The notes under the pieces are model-generated. The model did not search any database. It was not told the origin of the DNA and saw nothing but the letters and a program-made list of their open reading frames with translations. Positions 1 through 11,642 of a stretch of 64,000 nt of DNA are shown here, in pieces. Where the stretch lies: contig OZ316899.1 in NCBI GenBank assembly GCA_973895155.1, positions 829,573 to 893,572 on the forward strand. Direction: 5' to 3'. The translations under genes were made by a program, and so were the position numbers. This DNA is from Marsupella aquatica. Taxonomy: Eukaryota; Plantae; Marchantiophyta. Numbering within the stretch: position 1 is the first letter of the stretch; each line of letters opens with the position of its first letter.

Positions 1-2275
1 AAATAATAATGATAACTTGTGTTTGCCATGCATGTGCAGAAAGCCCAATTGGGGCAAAGCCCTTCAAAAGAAGAGTTGAGGGCTGAAATTGTGAACAATA
101 GGTCTCAAGAGGGTGCATCTGAATCCTCCAAGCACGTAAGTTATATGAGTTCTAATTGGTAATTGAATGACCTACGTTGAATTTCAGGTGTACACATATC
201 ATTGATTGTGCATATATTGCCCAACATTTCATATGGAGTGATTGACTATATTCCTGTGTCATGTAGGGAGGAGGATCTTCACTTACAGAGATAAGTGGTT
301 GTTTGAAGGCTGTGGAAACATGTCTTCCAAAGATCAATGAACGTTTGAATTCATTGATAGACTTGTTCCATGTGAACTTCAAGACATTAATGGAAGCCGT
401 TGTGTCGGTGAGAGATAAAATTGATTCCAATTTTGCAGGAGTTCCACCATCACCACTTGAGGTGGCAAAGTTGATGCACTCTTCTGGCATGCCAACGACA
501 TCTAGGCTTGAAAGTAAGGCCTTTATAACTTTGTGAGATATGATTATTAAATGTATAGTTTGAATTGACATTGTTTGTTGAATGTGTTATTTTCAGTAAC
601 ATATATTATGGTTGTTGTGCCCATAGAGAATAAGACAGGTGTTGCAGAGAAGAAGTGTGAGAACCTGGCAGAGTCGCTACAATTTAGAGGCAACAAAGTT
701 GTAGTCTGTACATGCAACTAATTTGACAAAGGGCAGTGAACCATGTTTGGTTGAGGATGAGATTGGCAAGGGATTGGATGATATCAATGTTGGGGCAAAT
801 GAGGATATCAGCAAGCATGACAATGATACCATTGAGCCAGATTCATGCTATGTAGATCTTGACTCCATTGCAGAGATAAATGATTTGCAGAATGTGTCAT
901 TGTCAATGACAGGTGTGCCTCTGGTTGCGATAAATCCAACCAAAGAGTTAGTTGATATGACACTCCCAAGTGAGGAACCTGCTCCTGTGACAGTCCCAAC
1001 AGAGGAACCTACTAAGCCTAGCTTCACTACTGTGAAGAGAGGAAGCATGCACACACAAAGCAAGTCTACTGCTAGGAGTAGAGCCATGTCAAAGGTTTCA
1101 TACAAACCTCCAAGAACGATGCTGGCAGAAAGATCTAAGGTGGAAGTGGGGAAGGCACCTAATGCTGAGGGACAAAGTGGCTTGTTAGCTGTTGATGAAA
1201 GTGGAACACGAGTAGGATTTGGCAGAGTGCAGGTTGGTTCTACAACGTTCCATGGCAAGAGGATTCCCCCAGGTTATTCAGTAGTGTTAATCACGTTACT
1301 AGTGAAACCTAAAGCTGTCCTTCCCATTCCAAACACAAATGATGATCCTCCTCAGACGACATTTGGAGATGCTGTAGGTTCTTTGGTATTATGGCCAAGC
1401 AAGTTCATAGGGGATGCATAACAATGTCATGTCATTATTTGTTTGTACTGTGAGTCCTGTTCTGTAGATTTTAGATCTCAAGAAGCAGTACAAGAATCAT
1501 GTTTGATAATTGATAGTATCATGCATGTGTGGTCAATTATCTCAAACAATTATCAGTTTACAAGTTCCTGTTTTCTCTTAATTACATTGATGACATTGTA
1601 AACTATTCCATTGTAATTCAAATGATCATCATCTTTTAGTAAGATTGTGATTTGGTTGAATTCTTATGAATGTTTTATGTAGGATCTGCTTATATGATGT
1701 TTTGTTTCATGTGAATGTCATTCATGCTCTATTCATTTCTTGTATTCAATGTGTTATATTTGTAAAGTGTGAACATGAGTGTTTCTATGTATTGCAATGT
1801 GGAGTGCTCATGACTTGACTCTCTCTCCTTATGAACTATCCCTCTGTGTTCATTAGTCATGGTTACAACTTCTATCTCAACCTCATTAGTTATGAACATG
1901 ACTATATAGAGGCCCAAATGGGTCTGGTGTGTGACCCGGACCAGGGTCTCCATTGGTCTATTATGTGACACTAAAATGTCACAAGGTAGGCATTGTTAAG
2001 GGCCAGTAAGTCATGGATATGACTTGCCTTGAGACTAATTAAAGTCACATTGTAGTCACGTATCAACAAGGCTAGACTCCACAATGCAACCACAGATCAG
2101 TCACAAAAATGGGTATCAAGTAAGTCGCAATGTCCAGTATCAATAGTGACTTCCATTTTTTGGTCTCAACTTTTGCAACTCCAAGGGTCACATCTTGGGT
2201 TGCATCACGTTGAGTCACAATGAAGTCAAATGAGTCACATATTGCGGTCTGAGATGAGCTCGGATTCTTCTAGTG
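1..2275 (+). mobile_element. 3' part of a CACTA (En/Spm) transposon, copy 1, extending out of the window on the left
   Basis: Ends ...CGGATTCTTCTAGTG at 2271-2275 (reverse complement CACTAGAAGAATCCG). Dense GTCAC/GTGAC/ATGAC subterminal motifs at ~1950-2270. Homologous in inverted orientation to 55966-58250. Confidence 0.88.
40..1421 (+). pseudogene. Last three exons (40-135, 267-513, 627-1421) of a CACTA TnpA-like gene, with a 2-bp deletion frameshift near 672
   Basis: GT-AG splice sites conserved with the inverted copy. The C-terminus FHGKRIPPGYSVVLI...LPIP...TTFGDAVGSLVLWP resembles the C-terminal domain of plant CACTA TnpA/Tnp1 proteins. The minus copy reads through where this copy shifts frame. 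Confidence 0.7.
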
Positions 2276-3374
2276 ACTGATTGCTGGCAGCTAGAGTTCC
2301 CTTCCACAATGACCGGAGTGTGCGTGTGCTTGAGGTGATCAGCGATGGTGGACGGTACATAAGGGCAGCAGTAGGGAGTTCCCCCAAGAGTTACGAGCCT
2401 TTCAGAAATCACGATGGCGGCAGCAAGTAGGAACGTAGGAGCTCGGTCCTAGGGCAGCTTCCCACTGCCCACAATAACAAAGTGCGACCCTCCTCCTCCA
2501 CCCTAAACCGTAGTCCCAAGTTGCAGCTGAACTCCACAGCATCCGATTAGAAGGCCAGACTAAACTCCCGAGTTGATGAGTGAGTAAGTGCACTCTGCGT
2601 CGCGACGATAAACCCTTCGACAAACTGCGCAAAGGAGCAGGAAAACCTCAACATTCGATAAGCTCTTCGCAAAGTTCTTTGTGAAACAGGGTGCTTCCGG
2701 CAGTTCCCGCCAGTGACAAAGGCAAGGGCCGGGGGATTGAGGGGATGACATGTGGACGATGGAGATTGCATCCAAATGTGACTATGAACGGGAAACTTCA
2801 ACGGTCCAGGTGAAGGGGTTACTAGGGCCTTATTCCCCCATAAAGGACTTAATTATGTATGTGATGTCATTAGGGAGTGGAAAAGGACTTTGCACCACCC
2901 ATAACTATTTTTCTCCCCCAAAAGTGCAAAAATTACTAACACACCCTCTAGAGAAAAAACAATTCCAAGAAGCCCCTTTGGGCAATCCATCAGCCATAAA
3001 GCATCTCAAATAATTGAAATGTGTGGCTATGTTAACAGAAGGAGTTAATTGGCAGCCTAAATGATATTTGGCGGTACCTTAACGGAGTTGTGGGCATAAT
3101 TTAGCAAAAGACATAATCTGCAATTTGGGCCCCTTTTTTCTTAAATGAAATGATGGAAACTTGGTACGGAGCAGTACAATAAATCATCGAAATAAGAACT
3201 TACTCCAGAATATCTAACATAGATAGTGGAGTGTGTTTGGTATACTAAGGGACCAAAAGCTATCATGACTCTTTTGCCCTCATGACATATATGCAATGGT
3301 ATGACCCCCATTAAGTGAAGTCTGCCCATATAATGACAACAACATGGAAACAAAGTAACATAGACCAGATTAGG

Positions 3375-5600
3375 GTCCAGGGTTGAAGTGTACCCTATCC
3401 TGCACCATGTGGAGTGGGTAGCATCCCTAATGGCGGGCTACAATCATAAATATTGCCAATCACCCCCAGGAGGCCCCAAAGAGTCATATTGTCCATGGCA
3501 TGCATGACTGCAATAGTGACATCATGAATGACTTATTTTTGTGTCATTTGAATGAATGACATTTCCCGGCACTCCCTAAATGACAAAAACCTTTAGTCAC
3601 GCGTAGTAATGACTCAAGATCCCTTACAAATGACCAAATGGGAGTGGTTTGCACTCCTTTGGACAAATGACTCCAAAGTCATACAACTTGGGAGTGTTTT
3701 GCCCAAAGTTGGGTGATTCCCTTCCAAGGTGCAAAAAGTTGGCTACAAAAAACCTTTAGGAGGAAAAGTGACATAACTAGTGGCGCAAGGTTCGAGAGTA
3801 CCCTATCCCGCACCATGTGGAGTGGATAGCATCCCTAATGGCCGGCTACGATCACAAATATTGCCAATCAGCCCCCGAAGGCCCAAACAAGTCATATTAC
3901 CCATGGCATGCATGACTGCAACATTGACATCATGAATGACTGAGTTTTGTGTCATTTGCACAAATGACATCTCTCAACACTCCCAAAATGACAAAAACCC
4001 TTAGTCATGGGCACAAATGACTCTAAATCCTTTCCAAATGACCAAGCAATAGTGGTTTGCACCCCTTCAAGCAAATGACTCCAAAGTCATACAACTTGGG
4101 AGTGTTTTTCCCAAAGTTGGGTGATGCTCTTCCAAGGTGCAAAATGTGTGTTTTAAAAATCTTTGTGGAGGCCAAGTGGTATAACTAGTGGCCCAGGGTT
4201 GTCGAGTACCTTATCCCACACCATGTGGAGTGGGTAGCATCCCTAATGGCCAGCTGCGATCACAGATATTGCAAATAAGCCCCAAAGGCCCCAAGGAGTC
4301 ATATTGTCCATGGCATGCTTGACTGCCGCATTGACATCGTCAATGACTCATATTTGTGTCATTTGCTTAAATGACACCCCTTGGCACTCCACAAATGACA
4401 AAAACCATTAGTCACATGCACAAATGACTCAAGATCCCTTGCAAATGACCAAATTAGAATGATTTGCACCCCTTTGGCCAAATGACTCCAAAGTCATACA
4501 ACTTGGGAGTGTTTTGCCCAAAGTTGGGTGATGCCCTTCCATGATGCAAAATGTGTGTTTTAAAAAGTGTTGTGGAGGCCAAATGGCATAACTAGTGGCT
4601 CAGGGTGTACAAGTACCCCATCCCACACCGTGTGGAGTGGGTAGCATCCCTAATGGCCGGCTACGATCATGTATATTGCGAATAAGCCCCCAAAGGCCCC
4701 AAGGAGTCATATTGTCCATGGCATGCTTGATTGCCGCCTTGACATCATCAATGACTCATATTTGTGTCATTTGCTTAAATGACACCCCTCGGCACTCCAC
4801 AAATGACAAAAACCTTTAGTCAAGTGCACAAATGACTCTATATCCCTTGCAAATGACAAAATACGAGTGGTTTGCACCCCTTTGGGCAAATGACTCCAAA
4901 GTCATACAACTTGGGAGTGTTTTGCCCAAAGTTGGGCCATGCCCTTCCAAGGTGAAAAAGCTGGGTCATAAAAACTATTGCGAGGCCAAATTGAGATAAC
5001 TAGTGGCCCAGAGTTTAGGTGTACCCTACCCCGCACCATGTGGAGTGGGTAGCATCCCTAATGCTGGGCTACAATCATGGATATAGCCAATCGACCCCCG
5101 GAGGCCCCAAAGAGTCATATTGTCCATGGCATGCATGACTGCAACAATGACATCATGAATGACCTATTTTTGTGTCATTTACATGAATGACGTCTCCCAG
5201 CACTTCCTAAATGACACAAACCCTTAGTCACGTGCACAAATGACTCTAGATCCCTTGCCAATGACTCACAATAGTGGTTTGCACCCCTTTGGGCAAATGA
5301 CTCCAAAGTCATACAACTTGGGAGTGTTTTGCCCAAAGTTGGGTGATGCCCTTCCATGATGCAAAATGTGTGTTTTAAAAAGTGTTGTGGAGGCCAAATG
5401 GCATAACCAGTGGCCCAGGGTTGTCAAGTACCCTATCCCGCACCATATGAAGTGGGTATCATCCTTAATGGCCGGCCCCTATCACCAATGGGGTCAATCA
5501 GCCACCAAAGGCTCTTAAGAGTCATATTCTGCATGGCATACATGACCACAATATTGACATCCCAAATGACATTTGCATAAATGACATCTAGCGGCACTTG
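3375..5600. repeat. Tandem array of ~408-bp units (5 full plus a partial 6th), rich in AAATGAC/GTCAT motifs
   Basis: Anchor CC(A/G)T(G/A)TG(G/A)AGTGG recurs at 3405, 3813, 4221, 4628, 5036, 5443 (spacing 408, 408, 407, 408, 407). Confidence 0.95.
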
Positions 5601-6099
5601 TCAAATGACTAGAAAGTTGAGTGAGAGCAAAAATGATTGGGAATCCTTTGCAAATAACATGAATAATATATTGAAAAAAATGACATGAGCAAATATAGGC
5701 ATGTAGTATCTAAATTCTAAACCTTAAACCCTAGACCTATGCCCGAGAGTGTTATTTGGCAACCTTGCATGCCCCGATATATACTCCAACATGTGAAATG
5801 TGAATACAGCTTAAGGAATGTAAACACTTCAGGAGTCCTTGGCATATATAGGAAAGATGTAATAAATGGGTGCAAGTATATATAAATGTACATACTTATT
5901 AGAGATTATCAAGCCTTTAAGTTGTACATCAATTTAATGATGAGACTCACAACAAAAGAAGGCTTGTTAGGTCTCTAAATGTATTTCAAATCTAATATGT
6001 GAGTACCACTAGTCTTTATATATACTACCATGCGTTTTGGATGACTAATCATACCCTAAACCCTAAAACATATACTAAACCATAAACCTCAAAATAGTC

Positions 6100-6499
6100 A
6101 TATGTTGTTTATCATGTCATTTATCACTTTTGGTTTAAATGACTACTAACATTTTTAAACACTGATATTTGCATATTTGATTTATTAGTCATTAGTCACC
6201 GTCGTCTGAAATGACTTCCCATATGTGAAACACTGATATGACAGAGTTTTTGTTAATTGTGTCATTCACAAAGACTGTCCAAAATGACTACAACTCATGA
6301 TTGTTGTCATTATAGCAGTCAAAATTATTTGGCTCATTGGTTTAAATGACACTATTGCAAGTATTAGTCATTTTTTGCACCTCGTCATTTTGGACAGTCA
6401 TTTCAATGTCATTTATGTCATGTCATTTACATATTTTGTCATTTGAGCACATAAGTCATATGTGTCATAGTCATAAAAGGTCCCATTTTCTACTATATG
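6100..6499 (+). mobile_element. Probable degenerate CACTA terminus with ATGAC/GTCAT subterminal repeats
   Basis: The reverse complement of 6480-6499 reads CATATAGTAGAAAATGGGAC, close to the common CACTAGTAGAAAA TIR but not exact. It is preceded by both-orientation ATGAC/GTCAT motifs. Confidence 0.4.
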
Positions 6500-7767
6500 G
6501 AGTAAAACTGGTACAATTTAAAACTTTTTGTCACCACTTGAGAGTTTTTGGAAGCATCTGATCACCCCTTAACATATTTGAGCCTCAAAAGGAAGTTTTG
6601 GAAAGAAGTGAAGAAGTTGGGATTTCAGACTGAAGAATCGCTTTTAGCTAAATCCGGAGAAAATCGCTTTTAGTGGGATTTTGGTTTGAGGATTCCGCAC
6701 CAACTTTGCCGGATGATTGTGGATCGGCCCCATGTCGGTTGGAGGAGCTTTTGGTCTCGTTGGAAAGATTTTTGCAAGGCTACATGAAGAATTTCTTAAA
6801 TCACAAAAATCAGAAACTTCAAAATATCCTAAACCAATTCTCCAAGGTTTTTTGGCATATGTTACTTAAATCATTTCCTATCTCTTTTCTCACCTCTTGA
6901 GCTTTCCCATGAGTTAGATAGAGTAGGATATAGAGGGACATAGTTTAGTTTACCTTTAGGAATTAGATTTAGAGAGTCTTAGACTTATTTTACCTTTTAG
7001 GACCTTAAGTTTAGATGAGAAAAAGTTTTTAGGCTTCAAAACCTTTTGGCATCTCAAACCTTTTGAGGGAGCCTTACAAGTGGACTCCCAAGACCGTGAT
7101 TCATTGGTTTTTCTTCAACATTGATTTTTGACCAAGTGTGGGTCTTTTTCTCATGCCAAATTGGACTTAGGAGAAAGAATTTAATGGAGAAGACTTGTAC
7201 CACTCACATCAATTGAATTTCAAACATTTCATAGATCAAACTTAAGTATTCAAGTTTTTATGTTTGAATTAGTTGTAGGAAATAGAATTGAATGGATAAC
7301 TAAGGTGTGCCTTTGAAATCTAATTGAAATGGAAATTGTACCAACCTTCATGACGTAAAACCTGTGAGTAGTGGGTAATACCGAAAACCTGAAATTATTG
7401 AAAAATTTGAACTTTTTACGGTGTTTAAACCTGCTGTTGCTGTTAAAGTGCCAAGTGTAAACCTTATTCCGACTTAGTTACGAGTACTCTATTATGCGTT
7501 TACACGTATACGAGTTTACGGGTTTACAGGGTATTTAAGTTACGCCAATACGGGTTACAGCTTACGCCTTACGCGTTTAAGGAAAGTGCACGTTACGGCG
7601 CTACGGCTAACTTCGCAACGGGACTTAGCAATGGAACGGGGACTTCATGCCTTGATAGGAATCAAGCACAGAGTTCAGGCGCTCACTCCTGTTTTTTCAC
7701 CACCCCTATTCACTTGCTCTTTCCCTTCGAAAGCAACCTTCGCAGCACACAAATCATCGTCGCAGCT

Positions 7768-8915
7768 ATGGCGAACTTGAGTGCTGAGGAACAGTATCAA
7801 ATTGAAGCTCTAGCAGTCTCAAAAGTAGTGGCAGCTCGTATACCACGAGCACCTGGTAGTCTTTCTAATTTACAAGACTCTTTACAACACTTCGGATTGG
7901 AGCGCTTGCTCAAGATTCCCTGGAATGTCAAGCTCGACTCCTACTTGCAGGATTTTGTGAAGGGGACTATCATTCCGATTGAATTCAGGCGAACGATTCA
8001 AGCTTGCCCCAGCCTGTGGACTGTTGAGAAAATTGCTTACGCCTTTGGATGCCCGTCAGAAGGAGAGGCGTTGTATTCCAAGAAACATGACTTATCTACT
8101 CCATACTTCTCAGGAACTCAAAATTCCAAGAATGGTTGGAACTTGTCCCAGTGTACTTATCCTGAATTGAGAGTGCTCATGGAATTTCTGGTACCCATTC
8201 TTCATCTGAAAAAGCCAACTCTCTGTCTTGTGGCCTTGGCTAACACTATTGTAGCTGCTCACAGTGGAGCTATAAAAGTAAATTGGACCCTACTTCTGTT
8301 TAATATAATGAAGGATCAAGTAAGGAGCTTGGAAGCAGGGAGGACCACTTGCTTATAGAATTAGCTCTCTCAGCTCTATTATGCCCATGACTGTTTACAT
8401 CTTGAGGAAGAGACAGAGAGGGGGTTACTCCTAATTGACCTGGGTATTGAAGAAGAAATTCCCATGGAAGACATTGTACATGTCACCCCACTGGATTCAA
8501 ATGATCAGAACGTTGAGGAGAATGTTGATGTTCCCATGGAGGATACTTCATTAGAAGTCCCTGGCCTACACATTCTCCTATGCATAGCAGGGAAGTCGTT
8601 TACCATCCAATGAGTGATGAGCATTCTCCCAATCAGACCATAGGTGCAGATCCACTAGAAGTTGAAGGAGTAAGGAGCATTCATCAACAAGACAATGTTG
8701 CTACACCAACTGATGCTACTCCTCATGTGACCACCAGGTCCACTCCTTCAAAAGCAGAGTTGAATCAGCAGCTCATTGATAAGTTGACATCTCTCCTCAG
8801 TTGCAGTGATGATGGACTATATGATGCTGTTAGTAATTTGAGAATGGAGGCTGTTAGTTTGAGATCACCATTTCATGATCAGCTAAGTCCTGTCAGAATG
8901 ACCTCTCCCCCATGA
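7768..8915 (+). pseudogene. Retrotransposon accessory ORF (putative plant-transposon-protein / PMD-like N-terminal domain plus acidic linker), disrupted
   Basis: ORF 7714-8358 GLERLLKIPW...AFGCPSEG...KNGWNLSQCTYPELRVLMEFLVPILH reads on past a stop at 8358 (NYLSQLYYAHDCL). Shares motifs with ORFs at 37924-39210 and 50330-50765. Confidence 0.6.
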
Positions 8916-8927
8916 GAACCAGCACCA

Positions 8928-10040
8928 ATGGAGTTTGTAATCTATACTCCTGCCCCTGTACAGCCCCCTTCCCTAGAAACAAGTGAACTTGTTCCTGTAG
9001 CAGGTAGTACCAGCTGTGTAGCCATTGTGGATGACTTGCTAGAAATGCTTCAGTGTGAACCTCGACAGATAGCATCCGTGGTCAGCAACTTGATCCAACA
9101 ATGTCCAACTCCTAGTCCCACTCTTAGCCCAGATTCACGACCTTATAGTCCTGATTCCAACTACGAACCCACAGAAGGACCCACCTACACTCGGTCACAG
9201 TATGAGCACCCTTACGTCAGAGAGGATCTACCTGAAGACTCTGATCCACCCTTAGATGGTGAAACTTATAGATCTTATGATAATTCTCTTGAGTCATCCC
9301 CCAGACAGGGATTTGAAGATGTTGATACTGCCTTAAGATCCAATCCAAACTTAGTAGCAGTTGTCACCTCATCTACTCAAACGCCCTGGAATGCCACCAT
9401 TGAGAGTAGATACCCAAGACACCCAGAGTCCCAAGTGCACAGGTATGTGGAGACCTGTAAGATTATGCAGGCCAATAGACCACCGGTTGGAGAGTTCTGG
9501 AGATACTACTATCTCAAGAAGATAGAGGCCAGTTATATCTTTGACCTCAGGTGTTTTGGAACTTCCAGAGTGGAGATGGCACAATTTGATGAGTTCTGGA
9601 CTGACTCTCTCTACTTCCGGCCTATTCTTGCTGTGATGCTACTTCAGGGTGATGTAGAGGTGGAGGATCCAGATTTAGTTCTGGCATATTTTGGGAATTT
9701 TGTAGCTTATGCCCTAGATTTTGTGGTTTCTTTTCTCATGCAGAGTAAGAAATCTACTTCTCCCCAGAATGCTTACCTCCCTCGAGAACTCAAGGTTACC
9801 CTTGTTTCAACCAGCTCAATTGCTGAGAAACAGAGGATCTGGAACAATGTCACCTCTCAAACTCTGGCCAGCTTCAACCGGTATTTCAGAGATGTCAAAT
9901 GGAGGCTTCAACCTTTCTTTTCCAGGATGCTAAACTCTGATGAATTCCTATACCATTATCCCCAAGTATATGCTGCTACTTGTAATAACTATGATGTGAT
10001 TGGGATATATAGAGAAGCTCTTCGAATAGACATATTCTAA
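8928..10040 (+). CDS. Hypothetical 370-aa protein: Pro/Ser/acidic N-terminal half and aromatic-rich globular C-terminal half; probably the continuation of the disrupted 7768 gene
   Basis: Long open frame with protein-like composition; no recognisable family. Confidence 0.45.
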   Translation: MEFVIYTPAPVQPPSLETSELVPVAGSTSCVAIVDDLLEMLQCEPRQIASVVSNLIQQCPTPSPTLSPDSRPYSPDSNYEPTEGPTYTRSQYEHPYVREDLPEDSDPPLDGETYRSYDNSLESSPRQGFEDVDTALRSNPNLVAVVTSSTQTPWNATIESRYPRHPESQVHRYVETCKIMQANRPPVGEFWRYYYLKKIEASYIFDLRCFGTSRVEMAQFDEFWTDSLYFRPILAVMLLQGDVEVEDPDLVLAYFGNFVAYALDFVVSFLMQSKKSTSPQNAYLPRELKVTLVSTSSIAEKQRIWNNVTSQTLASFNRYFRDVKWRLQPFFSRMLNSDEFLYHYPQVYAATCNNYDVIGIYREALRIDIF

Positions 10041-11642
10041 GGAAGAGAATGCCCCTGATGTATCCTGAAAGGCAACTGAGATGCCTACCCTACTCTCGAG
10101 GATCCCCATGCCAGGCTGAACTAATGGAAGTTACACAGAATCAAACTGTCACAGCAGTGGAGCTACTCGAACCAGATGATATCCAACAACAAGCTTGAGG
10201 AGTAGTCTAAGTGTTTTTAGTTAGTTTTAAGAATAGTGCATCTTTTCCTATTTTTCAAAATGTGTTATAGAGCTTTAAAAGCTATGAAACTTCTTTAGTA
10301 TATAGTCTGTACCTAGGAAAGTCTGCTGGCAAAATCTCAGAGTTTTCTGACTTATAGTTAAGAAGTTAAAAATAGTTGAATTTGATAAGGTTTTAGTTGT
10401 ACCGCAATTACGGATTACGGCTTACGTTTTTATGCTTTTATGGCTTCTTACTTAGCCATTTTCCGGCTTTTCACTTACTGAATTGTTGTTTTGACTTTTT
10501 GAGGAGGATGAAGAGGCATGTATCTTCGACCCTATCACCTCTTACTCTGTAGATTTTTACTATAAGACCCCTCTACCACTAGTGTAGTTTATGGTCAAGT
10601 TATGCATTTTTGCCTCTTCTTTGTGTTAAACTAGTTGATCATGAATCTATGAGTTCGAGATCAGGTTTAATATTTGGAGAGACTTACCTCCCTCTTGTGT
10701 TTCTATCTCTGATTAATAACACAGGAAGTAAAATTCCTTTCGTGCAAATTTTTGGAGTTGTGATGATAGATTCCTTATTGGTGACTCATTGCAATCTCTT
10801 GAGTTCTTAGAGTTAACTCATTGAGTTTAAGCCTTATTGAAATTGATGGATTTTCTTTCATGTTGCTTAGTACCATCTAAATGTTGAAGTAGTCACTCTT
10901 TTAGATCTTGTCTGAGTACCACTTAGAAAGAATAGACAAGACGTGTTGACGGCACTTTAAAAGAGTACTCTAGTAAGCATTTTAGACCTGAAAAGCAATA
11001 TGGATTTGAATCCTTAAGTCTTTTTCATTTTGACTTATGTTTAAGGAGTGACCTTGGTCTATTCCAGACTCCCTTAGCATACTCTAAGATATTTTCCCTT
11101 GTGTTTTGTTAATCATTCCCTTTTCATTAATTTATGGTTATACAATGCTGAGTTACCATTAAAAACTACTCACCGTTGTGGAGCGATCTTCAAAATATCT
11201 TAGTAAAGTAATCAAACTTGATTATTATGTGTGGAAAACATTTTAAGTCTATTATTGTTGTTTAAATCTATCAAACCAACCCCATCTTGTTCTTTACGGG
11301 AATGAATACCGAGTTTAAAAACCAATAAGTGTGTTTTTGGTTCTTCATAACAAACTACAAAACCGATCACTACTAAGTGTATAAGGAAGTTAGAGGGAAG
11401 AGAAAACCTTTCAATCTATCGAGAAGAAGCCAAACCTAAGGAAATTCATTTCAGCATTTGTGACATAATAATCGTTTCTGGATTATATAAGGAAAAACAG
11501 CAAAGAAATTGCTTGAAGATTTCAAACACCACAAAACCTTAGTAAATCGCTTTGTTTATTCTTTACGGGACCGAATCTTGGTATTTAAGGATAGAATTAC
11601 ATACATATTTATTATTCCACTTACCACATTCCCGATGCAACA

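Larger units (their letters stand above)
6529..11642 (+). mobile_element. Unit A: TG..CA-bounded LTR-retrotransposon-derived segment with accessory ORFs and no gag/pol
   Basis: The right end ...CCCGATGCAACA at 11642 abuts CACTA TnpD coding sequence sharply. The left end TGTCACC at 6529 is a candidate only (no matching TSD). Confidence 0.45.

Noticed and set aside
2276-3370. Possible element fragments or MITE between the CACTA end and the array
   Set aside because: I could not establish termini, a TSD or a recognisable domain.
3375-5600. CRISPR-like array
   Set aside because: Whole 408-bp units are homologous, with no unique spacers, no cas genes, and a eukaryotic TE context.
5715-6095. Interstitial telomere (TAAACCC-like motifs)
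   Set aside because: Only a few degenerate copies in two short patches; common inside plant TEs.
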